NCBI GenBank assembly: GCA_947631015.1
Contig: CANRJS010000001.1
Span: forward strand, 95,561-159,560
Direction: 5' to 3'
Length of the DNA: 64,000 bases
Source of the DNA: an uncultured Clostridia bacterium
Lineage (GTDB): Bacteria; Bacillota; Clostridia; Oscillospirales; JAAYOS01
The notes below the pieces were generated by a model. The model was given only the letters and a program-made list of their open reading frames with translations. It was not told the origin of the DNA and ran no database searches. Made by a program: the position numbers and the translations under genes. This document shows positions 34,527 through 43,886 of the stretch, one piece after another. The stretch's first letter is position 1. Every line of letters begins with the position of its first letter.

Positions 34527-35402
34527 TCACCTCCCGCTGTCCGCCGGATACGGCGGCGTCTTTTCTATCGAGCTAAGCATTTTCTCAAGCTCCGCAAGCG
34601 GACATTCGCCGTACAGCGCGCACTCGTACCTTCCGTCCTTCCAATACGCCTCGGACGAGCCGCCGGAATCACCTACAAAGTATGTCGCAGGCGCATTTCC
34701 GTCCGGAATGTACTTCTTGAGCGCGTCGTTCCGCTTCGGGAAGGCGCTCCCGACGCCCTCGCCGGATACCGCGACGCTCATCGTTATCTCCGCGCCGCCG
34801 TTGGAACAGCGAAGCAGGAGCACACTGCGTATCCGCGTGCCCACGGTCTGCGCGCCGGTGCATATAAACCCCTCCGGCAGAGTTTTCGGCGCTGACAGGT
34901 CGGATACGCCGAGGAAATAGAGCGCGCTCTGTAAGTTTGTGTACTCAAATTCACAGCAGGCGCTCTCCGCCGTCTCGTACTCCCACGGCGCGGCGGCGCG
35001 GGAGTCCGCTCCGGCGGCATACGCCGACACCGAAGCGGCGGATATGAGCGCCACGGTCACGAGCGCCGCCGCGGCCGCCTTGAGATTCGACCCGCCGACG
35101 CTCCGCGTCCACGCCGGCCGCCGCCTCGGCGGACGGCGGCGCAGCGACGGCGGCAGCGTCTCCGCCGCCGTTCTGCGCTCCATCGGCTCGAGGTAACTCC
35201 GCCGGAAACGCTCCCACGCGGTATCCGCCGGAGTGTACAGCGGCGACTGCTTCTTTTCGCTGAGAGCCTCCAAGACCTCCCACGCCTCCTCCGGCTCGAG
35301 CGCTCTCTCCGCACCCGCTTCGGCGTCCGCGCGGAGGAGCGCTTTCAGCTCGTCTGAGCTCTTGCTGCGGTAGTATTCCTTCACGGATATGCCTCCCTTC
35401 AC
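34527..35402 (-). CDS. membrane anti-sigma factor (DUF4367-like C-terminus)
   Basis: A 4-nt overlap with the sigma factor gene. It has a single TM (AAAAALVTVALISAASVSAYAA). Confidence 0.65.
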   Translation of the reverse strand: MKGGISVKEYYRSKSSDELKALLRADAEAGAERALEPEEAWEVLEALSEKKQSPLYTPADTAWERFRRSYLEPMERRTAAETLPPSLRRRPPRRRPAWTRSVGGSNLKAAAAALVTVALISAASVSAYAAGADSRAAAPWEYETAESACCEFEYTNLQSALYFLGVSDLSAPKTLPEGFICTGAQTVGTRIRSVLLLRCSNGGAEITMSVAVSGEGVGSAFPKRNDALKKYIPDGNAPATYFVGDSGGSSEAYWKDGRYECALYGECPLAELEKMLSSIEKTPPYPADSGR

Positions 35403-35884
35403 TCTCTGAAATACCGTTTCAAACGGTTCCTTGCCCGCTGGAGCCGCTTTTTGCAGGCTTCGGCGGATATTCCCATGGTCTCCGCGAACTCCGCCACCGT
35501 CCTGCCGCAGTCCACATAGCCGCGCAGGAGACGGTATTCCGGCAGGTCGAGCAGATCGCCGTAGAGGATGTCGGGGTCGGTCTCGTCGCTGTGTACGTTC
35601 TCGCCCGCCGCCGCGCGGCTTTGCAGACGTTCGAGCAGCATGACGTCCCCCGCGCGCTCCTTTGCCGACGTCTTAACGAGATTTCGGAAGGTGACGAATA
35701 CCCAACCCTCCGGCGCGGGGTGGCGCGTCAGCGCCGCGACGTTCAGACAGGCGAGCTCGAAGGTGCTCTGTACTACGTCCTCCGCCCTCGCCGCGTCCCC
35801 GAGTGTTTCCATGGCGTAGCGCATAAGGCGGTCGTACATCCTGCGGTAGAGCGCTTCGATAAACCGAAGCTCCTCCGTTGTCAT
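35399..35884 (-). CDS. ECF-type RNA polymerase sigma-70 factor
   Basis: 161 aa. Region 2 (DVVQSTF) and a region 4 HTH (TVAEFAETMGISAEACKKRLQRAR). Confidence 0.85.
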   Translation of the reverse strand: MTTEELRFIEALYRRMYDRLMRYAMETLGDAARAEDVVQSTFELACLNVAALTRHPAPEGWVFVTFRNLVKTSAKERAGDVMLLERLQSRAAAGENVHSDETDPDILYGDLLDLPEYRLLRGYVDCGRTVAEFAETMGISAEACKKRLQRARNRLKRYFRE

Positions 35885-36079
35885 CGAAACGCCCTCCCTT
35901 CAAAAAACTTTGAGACTATTTTACCCCTACATTCCTTAAATGGAAATACCCCGCCCCGAGGGGACAACTTTTTTGCAATTTTTCAAATTTTTCCGTTTTG
36001 GGGCCCCGCGTCTATGGAAAATGCTCCGCGCGGGTGTTATAATAATTACAATACATTAGCATACAAGGGAGGCCGGTCT

Positions 36080-37132
36080 ATGAAGCTTTCGTTCCGGTGG
36101 TACGGTGAGAGCGACCCGATACCGCTTCAATACATACGTCAGATACCGGGCATGCGCTCGGTGGTGTCCGCCGTCTACGACGTGAAGCCCGGCGAGGTCT
36201 GGCCGGAGGCGTCGCTCGCGCGGCTCAAGGAGCAGTGCGAGGAAAACGGCCTCGTCTTCGACGTCGTAGAATCTATTCCCGTAAGCGAGGACATCAAGCT
36301 CGGCACCGAAAAGCGCGCTGAGCACCTCGAGGCGTACTGCGAGAATATCCGCCGCTGCGCCAAATACGGCGTGAATTGCGTCACCTACAACTTCATGCCG
36401 GTGTTTGACTGGACGCGGACGCAGCTCGACCGAACGGCGCCGGACGGTTCGACGAGCCTTGTCATGTATTGGGACCAGCTTCGCGGGCTCGACCCGCTCA
36501 AGGACGACATACATCTCCCCGGCTGGGACGCGAGCTACACCCGGGACGAGGTGCGCGGCCTCATCCGCGCCTACGGCGAGCTCGGCGAGGACGGGCTTTG
36601 GAAGAACATCGAGGTGTTCCTGAAGAAGGTCATACCCGTGGCGGAGGATTGCGGCGTCACGATGGCGCTTCACCCGGACGACCCGCCCTACCCCATATTC
36701 GGACTTCCCCGCGTCGTCACCTGCGAGGACAACATCGACCGCTATCTCTCTATCGTTGACAGCCCCGCGAACTCCCTCTGCCTCTGCACCGGCTCGCTCG
36801 GGTGCGCGAAGTCGAACGACGTCACGGCGATGGTGCGGAAATACGCCTCGATGGGTCGGATAGGCTTTATGCACATGCGAAACGTGCGCGTCCTCGAGGA
36901 CGGGAGCTTTGAGGAGAGCGGACACCTCTCCGCCTGCGGCGACCTCGACATGAGCGAGATAGTGCGTGCGCTCGTGGAGAGCGGCTTTGACGGCTACGTC
37001 CGCCCCGACCACGGCAGAATGATCTGGGGCGAGACCGGCAAGGCCGGCTACGGACTCTACGACCGCGCGCTCGGCGCGGCGTATATAAACGGTCTCTTTG
37101 AGGCGTGGGAAAAGGCATTGCGGCGCGGCTGA
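36080..37132 (+). CDS. uxuA: mannonate dehydratase
   Basis: MKLSFRWYGESDPIPLQYIRQIPG, the canonical UxuA N-terminus. SD AAGGGAGG precedes it. Confidence 0.92.
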   Translation: MKLSFRWYGESDPIPLQYIRQIPGMRSVVSAVYDVKPGEVWPEASLARLKEQCEENGLVFDVVESIPVSEDIKLGTEKRAEHLEAYCENIRRCAKYGVNCVTYNFMPVFDWTRTQLDRTAPDGSTSLVMYWDQLRGLDPLKDDIHLPGWDASYTRDEVRGLIRAYGELGEDGLWKNIEVFLKKVIPVAEDCGVTMALHPDDPPYPIFGLPRVVTCEDNIDRYLSIVDSPANSLCLCTGSLGCAKSNDVTAMVRKYASMGRIGFMHMRNVRVLEDGSFEESGHLSACGDLDMSEIVRALVESGFDGYVRPDHGRMIWGETGKAGYGLYDRALGAAYINGLFEAWEKALRRG

Positions 37133-37177
37133 GTGTTCTCGGTCGCGCGAATCGGATATTGCAAGGAGGAAAACAGT

Positions 37178-38032
37178 ATGCAGAAGAATGTTCTCAACAC
37201 CAACCTCACTGGCAAGGTCGCGGTCGTCACCGGCGCGGGCGGCGTGCTCTGTTCGTCGTTTGCAAAGGTGCTTGCGAGGGCGGGCGCGAAGGTCGCGCTC
37301 CTTGACCTCAACCTCCCGGCGGCGGAGGGCTTTGCGGAGGAGATACGCGCCGAGGGCGGAGCCGCAAGGGCGTATGAATGCGACGTGCTCGACCGCGAGG
37401 TCTGCTATGCCGTCGCGGACGCGGTGCTCCGCGACCTCGGCCCCTGCGACATACTTATAAACGGCGCGGGCGGGAACAACCCGCGCGCCACCACCGACAA
37501 GGAATACTTCGAGCCGGGCGACCTCGACGGTGATGTCAAGAGCTTCTTCGATTTGGACAAGAGCGGCGTGGAGTTCGTGTTCAACCTCAACTTCATCGGC
37601 ACGCTGATACCCACTCAGGCATTCGCGCGGCAGATGATTGGCCGCGAGGGGTGCAACATCCTCAACATATCCTCAATGAACGCCTACACCCCGCTCACGA
37701 AGATACCCGCTTACTCCGGCGCGAAGGCGGCGGTGTCAAACTTCACTCAATGGCTTGCAGTCCACTTCTCAAAGGTTGGGATACGCGTAAACGCGATAGC
37801 GCCCGGCTTCTTTTCGACAAAGCAGAACGCTTCCCTCCTCTTTGACCCGGACGGCACTCCCACCGCGCGCACCGGCAAGATACTCGCCGCGACGCCGATG
37901 GGCCGCTTCGGAGACAGTGAGAAAGAGCTCGCGGGCGCGGTGCTCTTTCTGCTGAACAACGACGCCGCGAGTTTCATCACCGGCGTCTGCATACCGATAG
38001 ACGGAGGTTTCTCCGCCTACTCCGGCGTCTGA
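37178..38032 (+). CDS. SDR-family D-mannonate oxidoreductase-like
   Basis: TGAGGVLC Rossmann motif and YSGAK catalytic motif, in a uxuA/eda/kdgK context. Confidence 0.8.
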   Translation: MQKNVLNTNLTGKVAVVTGAGGVLCSSFAKVLARAGAKVALLDLNLPAAEGFAEEIRAEGGAARAYECDVLDREVCYAVADAVLRDLGPCDILINGAGGNNPRATTDKEYFEPGDLDGDVKSFFDLDKSGVEFVFNLNFIGTLIPTQAFARQMIGREGCNILNISSMNAYTPLTKIPAYSGAKAAVSNFTQWLAVHFSKVGIRVNAIAPGFFSTKQNASLLFDPDGTPTARTGKILAATPMGRFGDSEKELAGAVLFLLNNDAASFITGVCIPIDGGFSAYSGV

Positions 38033-38076
38033 ACCGCGAGAGCGCGGACTACTACTGCATATCGGAGGTAATTTTC

Positions 38077-38724
38077 ATGGACAGCGTTTCCGAGAGAATA
38101 ACCGAGACCGGCGTTGTGCCGGTGATAAAGCTGAATCACCCCGAGCGGGACGCCGCGCCGCTCGCGCGGGCACTCCTCGCGGGCGGCGTGCCTGTGGCGG
38201 AGGTGACCTTCCGCGCGGAAGGCGCGGCAAAGGCCATAGCCATCATGACAGAGACCTGCCCCGAGATGCTCGTCGGCGCAGGCACCGTCCTCACGACAGA
38301 ACAAGCGGGCGAGGCTGCGGCGGCAGGCGCGAAGTTTATCGTCACGCCCGGCCTCGACCCGGAGATAGTTACTCACTGTCAGAAGAAGGGTCTGCCGGTC
38401 TTTCCCGGATGCACCACACCGACCGACTATCACACGGCGTTCAAGCTCGGGCTGAAGGTGCTGAAGTTCTTCCCCGCCGAGCAGTCCGGCGGGCTCGCGA
38501 AGATAAAGGCGATGAACGCGCCCTTCCCAATGTTCAAAATAATGCCGACCGGCGGCATTACGCTAAAAAACCTCGCGGAGTACATGGCGTGCCCCGTCGT
38601 GTGCGCATGCGGCGGAAGCTACATGGTGTCCTCCGACCTCATAGAGGGCGGTCGCTGGGACGAGATAACGGAGCTCTGCCGGAAGTCCCGCGAGATCGTT
38701 AAGGAGGCGCGGACAAATGGCTAA
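38077..38724 (+). CDS. eda: KDPG / KHG aldolase
   Basis: VPVIKL, VAEVTFR, GAGTVL and FPA motifs typical of Eda. Confidence 0.9.
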   Translation: MDSVSERITETGVVPVIKLNHPERDAAPLARALLAGGVPVAEVTFRAEGAAKAIAIMTETCPEMLVGAGTVLTTEQAGEAAAAGAKFIVTPGLDPEIVTHCQKKGLPVFPGCTTPTDYHTAFKLGLKVLKFFPAEQSGGLAKIKAMNAPFPMFKIMPTGGITLKNLAEYMACPVVCACGGSYMVSSDLIEGGRWDEITELCRKSREIVKEARTNG

Positions 38725-39745
38725 GGTAGTCACCTTCGGCGAACTGATGGTTCGCCTTCAACCCTACAACTACGAGCGCTTCGTGCAGGCGAGCACGCTC
38801 GAATTCACCTTCGGCGGCGGCGAGGCGAACGTCGCGGTGTCGCTTGCAAATTTCGGTGTGGACTCTGTGTACGTCACGAAGCTCCCCTCTCACGCCATCG
38901 GACAGGCCGCCCTCAACTCGCTCCGCCGCTACGGTGTGGACACGACGAAAATTGTGCGCGGCGGCGAGCGCGTCGGCATCTACTACAACGAGAAGGGCGC
39001 GAGCCAGCGTCCGAGCGTCTGCATCTATGACCGCGCGCATTCCGCCATACAGGAGGCAGACCCCTCCGAGTTCGACTGGGATACGATTTTCGATGGCGCG
39101 GACTGGTTCCACTTCACCGGCATCACCCCCGCGCTCGGCCCGAACATGGTGGAGGCGTGTCTTGACGCGTGCAAGGCCGCCAAGGCGCGTGGCGTGAAGG
39201 TCTCCTGCGACCTCAACTACCGCGGAAAGCTCTGGACGCGCGGCGAGGCGCGCGAGGCGATGATGCAGCTCTGCCGGTATGTCGACCTCTGCATAGCAAA
39301 CGAGGAGGACGCGAAGGACGTCTTCGGCATCGAGGCGGAAAGGACCGACATCACGGCGGGCGCTCTCAACCGTGAGGGGTATATCTCCGTTGCGCGTCAG
39401 CTTGCGGAGAGGTTCGGCTTTGAGAAGGTCGCGATAACCCTCCGTGAGAGCCGTTCCGCCTCCGACAACGACTGGAGCGGGATGCTCTACGACGCACAGA
39501 GCGGCGAAGCTCACTTCTCCAGGCGGTACAGCCTGCACATCGTCGACCGCATAGGCGGCGGAGACAGCTTCGCCGGCGGGCTCATCTACTCGCTGCAGGG
39601 CGGCAGGAGCGACGAGGACGCTATTGAGTTTGCCGTGGCGGCGTCCGCGCTCAAACATTCGGTGGAGGGCGACTTCAATTTTGCCACCGTCGCGGAGGTC
39701 GAAAAGCTCGCCTCCGGCGACGGCTCCGGGAGAGTTCAGCGGTAG
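38717..39745 (+). CDS. kdgK: 2-dehydro-3-deoxygluconokinase (PfkB family)
   Basis: VVTFGELMVRL, GGGEANVAV and GGGDSFAGG motifs. Confidence 0.9.
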   Translation: MAKVVTFGELMVRLQPYNYERFVQASTLEFTFGGGEANVAVSLANFGVDSVYVTKLPSHAIGQAALNSLRRYGVDTTKIVRGGERVGIYYNEKGASQRPSVCIYDRAHSAIQEADPSEFDWDTIFDGADWFHFTGITPALGPNMVEACLDACKAAKARGVKVSCDLNYRGKLWTRGEAREAMMQLCRYVDLCIANEEDAKDVFGIEAERTDITAGALNREGYISVARQLAERFGFEKVAITLRESRSASDNDWSGMLYDAQSGEAHFSRRYSLHIVDRIGGGDSFAGGLIYSLQGGRSDEDAIEFAVAASALKHSVEGDFNFATVAEVEKLASGDGSGRVQR

Positions 39746-39781
39746 CCGTCCGCCAGAGATTCATTCGGAAGGGAGCACGGG

Positions 39782-41203
39782 ATGCGAAAATTCGACAACA
39801 AGATACAGTATCTCAAGTATCAGGTCAGGCGCGAGGTCGCACGGCATGCGTGGAACGGTACTCTTCTCGAAAACATGCTCGACATTCCCCACATGATAGT
39901 CCCCGGGAAAAAGCCCACCATGCGCTGCTGCGTCTACATGGAGCGCGCCATCCTCTCCGAGCGGGTAAAGATTGCCATGGGCGGAGACCGAAGCGACCCG
40001 AACGTCATCGAGGTCATCGACATTGCCTGCGACGGATGCCCCGCCGCAGGCTACGAGATAACCGACTCCTGCCGGGGATGCCTCGCTCACCGCTGTATGG
40101 AGGTCTGCCCGCGCGGAGCGATAGTCCTCGACCACAACCACATAGCGCACATCGACAAGACAAATTGCGTCGAGTGCGGGCAGTGCGCTAAGGTCTGCCC
40201 TTACACCGCGATAATCAACCGCAAGCGCCCGTGCCAGAGCGCGTGCAGGCTGAAGGCCATTTCCTTTGACGAGGACAACGCCGCCGTCATTGAAGGCGAC
40301 AGGTGCATCGCCTGCGGCGCGTGCATAAACCAGTGTCCCTTCGGCGCGATGATGGACAAGAGCTTTATGCTTGAAGTGATAGACATGCTGAAAAAGAGCG
40401 ACGCCGGCAGGAACTTCCGCCTCTATGCGATAGTCGCGCCGTCCGTTGCAAGTCAGTTTGCCTATGTCCGGCTCGGGCAGGTCATGAGCGGACTGCGCGA
40501 GCTCGGCTTCAGCGACGTCGTGGAGGCGGCGCTCGGTGCGGACATGGTCGCCCATGCGGAGGCGCGCGAGCTTGCGGAGAAGGGATTCCTCACGAGCTCC
40601 TGCTGTCCGGCGTTCGTGGAATACGTAAAAACGGAATTTCCCGACCTCGCGGAGCACATCTCGCACAACCTCTCCCCCATGGCGACGATAGCGAAGTACA
40701 TAAAAGAGAAGGATCCGTCGGCCATGACGGTGTTTATCGGCCCGTGCACAGCGAAAAAAACGGAGATCCGCCGCGAGGAGGTGCGCCCGTATGTCGATTC
40801 CGTGCTCACCTTTGAGGAGCTTCAGGCGCTCTTTGACAGCCGGGACATCGACCTCGGGGAGCTTGAGGACGCCTCGCCGGACAATGCCTCCTACTTCGGC
40901 AGAAGCTTTGCCCGAAGCGGCGGCGTCTCCGCCGCCGTAAAGCAGGCTCTCGCGGAACAGAATATCGACTTTGAGCTGAAGCCGATAGCCTGCGACGGTA
41001 TCGAGGCCTGCCGCGCCGCCCTCCTGAAGAAGCGCGCCGGTACGCTCGACGCAAACTTCATTGAAGGCATGGCCTGCCCCGACGGGTGCATCGGCGGCGC
41101 AGGATGTCTTACATACGCCGCGCGCAACCGCGCAAAAGTCGAGAGCTACGGCCGGGACGCCGGCGACAGGACCATTACGGACGCGATATCCGCGCTGAAA
41201 TAA
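39782..41203 (+). CDS. [FeFe] hydrogenase with N-terminal 4Fe-4S ferredoxin domains
   Basis: H-cluster motifs TSSCCP, GPCTAKK and MACPDGCIGGAG, plus several CxxCxxCxxxCP clusters. Confidence 0.85.
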   Translation: MRKFDNKIQYLKYQVRREVARHAWNGTLLENMLDIPHMIVPGKKPTMRCCVYMERAILSERVKIAMGGDRSDPNVIEVIDIACDGCPAAGYEITDSCRGCLAHRCMEVCPRGAIVLDHNHIAHIDKTNCVECGQCAKVCPYTAIINRKRPCQSACRLKAISFDEDNAAVIEGDRCIACGACINQCPFGAMMDKSFMLEVIDMLKKSDAGRNFRLYAIVAPSVASQFAYVRLGQVMSGLRELGFSDVVEAALGADMVAHAEARELAEKGFLTSSCCPAFVEYVKTEFPDLAEHISHNLSPMATIAKYIKEKDPSAMTVFIGPCTAKKTEIRREEVRPYVDSVLTFEELQALFDSRDIDLGELEDASPDNASYFGRSFARSGGVSAAVKQALAEQNIDFELKPIACDGIEACRAALLKKRAGTLDANFIEGMACPDGCIGGAGCLTYAARNRAKVESYGRDAGDRTITDAISALK

Positions 41204-41222
41204 TTGCACGAATAACCGAAAA

Positions 41223-41262
41223 ACAGAGCCATGAAGCGCTGCTTCACGGCTCTGTTTGTTTT
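41223..41262. terminator. terminator between convergent genes
   Basis: Stem ACAGAGCC/GGCTCTGT followed by TTGTTTT. Confidence 0.55.
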
Positions 41263-41294
41263 AAGTATCTGCAAAACGCGGCTTTGCGTATCCG

Positions 41295-41894
41295 TTAAGT
41301 ATGACTCTCATCGGAGTAGCGCCCTATCACTTCCTCCGCGACGGCTCTGCGCGGGACGCACATATCCATCGCGCGCTTCTCTATGTAACGGTGCGCCGCA
41401 GGCTCGTCCATCTTCTCGCGGTCAATAAGCAGCCACTTTGCTCGGTTGACAAGGCGTATCTCCTCCATCTTCTCACCGATGGAGAGCTCCTTGCGCTCGA
41501 GGCCGCGCAGACGTTCCCGCGCGCTCGCCATCCAGCCGAGAGCGAGTGCGAACGCCGAGCGCGACACCGGCTTCGGAAGCAGGAAAACTCCGTGCTCCGC
41601 CGCCGCCTCGTACACCTCGCCGTATACGTCCTCGCGCGCGAGCAGGAGCACGACCGTACCCGGCCGCCCGCATGCGTCCACGGCGAAGTCTATGCCGCCG
41701 TCGTCCGGCAGAGGGGAGTTTACGATGACAAAGTCGTAGGAGCGCTCGGCCGCCGCACGGCGCGCCGCGCCCACGCTCGAGACGGTGCGCACCGGGTCGT
41801 AGGAGGTCTCGGGGAGCATGGACTTCACGGAGGAGTTCAGATTTCCGGACGCAGAGACAAGAAGAACGCTGTACACGCGCTCCTTCAGGCTCAT
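41295..41894 (-). CDS. ANTAR-domain RNA-binding antiterminator with a pseudo-receiver domain
   Basis: The C-terminal ANTAR region is RLVNRAKWLLIDREKMDEPAAHRYIEKRAMD. The receiver-like N-terminus has N where the phospho-Asp is expected (FVIVNSPLPDDGG). Confidence 0.85.
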   Translation of the reverse strand: MSLKERVYSVLLVSASGNLNSSVKSMLPETSYDPVRTVSSVGAARRAAAERSYDFVIVNSPLPDDGGIDFAVDACGRPGTVVLLLAREDVYGEVYEAAAEHGVFLLPKPVSRSAFALALGWMASARERLRGLERKELSIGEKMEEIRLVNRAKWLLIDREKMDEPAAHRYIEKRAMDMCVPRRAVAEEVIGRYSDESHT

Positions 41895-41933
41895 GGCTCT
41901 CCCCTCCTCCCGAGTTTGGTTTAAGTCCCGGCG

Positions 41934-43145
41934 CTATTTCCCGCAGTAGATGTCCAGAATAGCCTTTGGAACATGGTTCCTTATGAATTCGCTCTCCCTC
42001 GCCGCGCGGCGCGCCTCGTCGAGGCTTTCCGGCAGCTTTTCAAAGTCCGCAAGCGTCTCCTCGGACGCCTGGTAGAGGTTGAAGTCCGCCACCATCGGCA
42101 GAGAGAGCTTGCGCTCTATGCCCTGAAGCCCCGCGTATATCATCAGCGCGTAGGCGAGGTACGGGTTCGAGAGCGGGTCGGGCGAACGGAGCTCCGCCCT
42201 GCGGTACTCACCCTCCGCCGCCGGTATGCGCACCAGCTGCGAGCGGTTCTCGCTCGACCAGGAGATGTACTTCGGCGCCTTGTGACCTCCGAAGCGGCGG
42301 TAGGAGTCCTCCGTCGGGTTGAGGAACGCGGTCATGCAGCGGACGTTTGCGAGTATGCCCGCTATCGTCTCCGGCAGGACGTCCGCGCCGTCCTTCGACT
42401 TCACCGACATATTTATGTGGCAGCCGTTGCCCGGCGCGTCCTCGAGCGGCTTCGGGCCGAAGTCGGCGACGAGGCCGTTCCTGTGCGCCACCGTCCGCAC
42501 AACGGTCTGGAAGGTCATGGCGTCGTCCGCCGCAGTCAGCGGGTCAGAGTAGCGGAAGTCTATTTCGTTCTGCCCCGGTCCCTCCTCGTGGTGCGAGCGC
42601 TCGGGGCGTATTCCCATCTTCTCAAGGGTAAGGCATATCTCGCGGCGGATGTTCTCCCCCTTGTCGTCCGGCGCGAGGTCCATGTAGCCCGCGCAGTCGT
42701 AGGGTATCTTTGTCGGCTCGCCGTTCTCGTCCTGCATAAACAGGTAGAACTCCTGCTCCGCGCCGAAGGAGAAGCTGTAACCTGCCCTCTCCGCGTCCTC
42801 GACGGCGCGGATGAGCAGGCGGCGCGTGTCGCACTCAAACGGCCGTCCGAAGGGATAGGTCACCGTGCAGTACATCCGCACGACCCGTCCGTGCTCCGGC
42901 CGCCACGGCAGGACCGCGAGCGTGTGCGGGTCAGGGTGCAGCAGCAAATCGGAATGTGTCTCGTCGCCGAATCCGCGCACGGCGGAGCCGTCAAAGGTTA
43001 TCCCGTTCCCGAACGCGCGCGGAAGCTCCCCCGGCATCAGCGAGATGTTCTTCTGCCGCCCGAACACGTCGCAGAACGCGAGGCGGATGAACTTCACATC
43101 CTCCTCGTTCACATATTGGATTACTTCCTGTTCCGTGTATTTCAT
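41934..43145 (-). CDS. glnA: glutamine synthetase, type I-like (403 aa)
   Basis: The N-terminus VKFIRLAFCDVFG and the catalytic-domain motifs are GS-I-like. Confidence 0.85.
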   Translation of the reverse strand: MKYTEQEVIQYVNEEDVKFIRLAFCDVFGRQKNISLMPGELPRAFGNGITFDGSAVRGFGDETHSDLLLHPDPHTLAVLPWRPEHGRVVRMYCTVTYPFGRPFECDTRRLLIRAVEDAERAGYSFSFGAEQEFYLFMQDENGEPTKIPYDCAGYMDLAPDDKGENIRREICLTLEKMGIRPERSHHEEGPGQNEIDFRYSDPLTAADDAMTFQTVVRTVAHRNGLVADFGPKPLEDAPGNGCHINMSVKSKDGADVLPETIAGILANVRCMTAFLNPTEDSYRRFGGHKAPKYISWSSENRSQLVRIPAAEGEYRRAELRSPDPLSNPYLAYALMIYAGLQGIERKLSLPMVADFNLYQASEETLADFEKLPESLDEARRAARESEFIRNHVPKAILDIYCGK

Positions 43146-43163
43146 AGCCCTGCCTCTCTTTAC

Positions 43164-43886
43164 TCAGTTTGAGACATACATACGCTTGTATGGGTTTTTG
43201 CTGTCCGGCGTGACGACGGTGAACGGAGACGCGAGTATCTCCCCCGCTTCCGCGCCGAAGAGCGAGCAGTATTCCGCGACGTACTTTCGGAGCTCCGCCA
43301 TGTCCGCTTCCTCTGCGGGGCGTGCCGTCACCTGCGCCGGGAAGAGGACGTCGCGCCCGTCTCCGCGAAGGAAGAGCTTCCCACCGTGCATACCCGTACA
43401 CGAGAAGTTGCCGACTGTCCTCCGTCCGTTCGCGCCGATCCCAAGGACGACTATGACGCCGCCCGCCTGATACTCCCCGAGGAAGCTCCCGGTGCATCCG
43501 CCTATGACCATCAGCGGTACCTTGTCCCTGTACTCCTTCATGTGTATGCCCGCGCGGTAGCCGGCGTTGCCCCGGACGAAGATGCTTCCCCCGCGCATGG
43601 CGTATCCGACGGCGTCTCCGACGCTTCCGTGGATGACTATCCTTCCGTCGTTCATCGTGTCCCCGACGGCGTCCTGCGCGTTGCCGTGAACGGTTATCTC
43701 CGCGCCGTCCAGATACGCGCCGAGCGCGTTGCCGGGGATGCCGTCTATACGGATATTCCTCGCGGACATTCCTGCGCCTATGAACCTCTGTCCGCAGCAG
43801 TTATTTATCTCGACGTCGCCCTCGGCGGCTCTCACGCGCTCGCCGAGTGTCCTGAAGTCGAGGCCGTTCGCGTCCAGTACAGTCAT
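43164..43886 (-). CDS. glutamate synthase GXGXG-repeat (GltB C-terminal-like) subunit
   Basis: Repeated GxxxG beta-helix motifs (HGNAQDAVGDTM, HGSVGDAVGYAM, RGNAGYRAG). TAATG start/stop overlap with the upstream gene. Confidence 0.8.
   Translation of the reverse strand: MTVLDANGLDFRTLGERVRAAEGDVEINNCCGQRFIGAGMSARNIRIDGIPGNALGAYLDGAEITVHGNAQDAVGDTMNDGRIVIHGSVGDAVGYAMRGGSIFVRGNAGYRAGIHMKEYRDKVPLMVIGGCTGSFLGEYQAGGVIVVLGIGANGRRTVGNFSCTGMHGGKLFLRGDGRDVLFPAQVTARPAEEADMAELRKYVAEYCSLFGAEAGEILASPFTVVTPDSKNPYKRMYVSN

Noticed and set aside
39761-41209. A 482-aa minus-strand ORF opposite the hydrogenase gene. Similar antisense ORFs occur at 20190-20966, 15401-16546, 41973-43172, 55573-57063 and 60996-63026.
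   Set aside because: These are antisense high-GC shadow ORFs. The opposite strands carry motif-rich, recognisable proteins.
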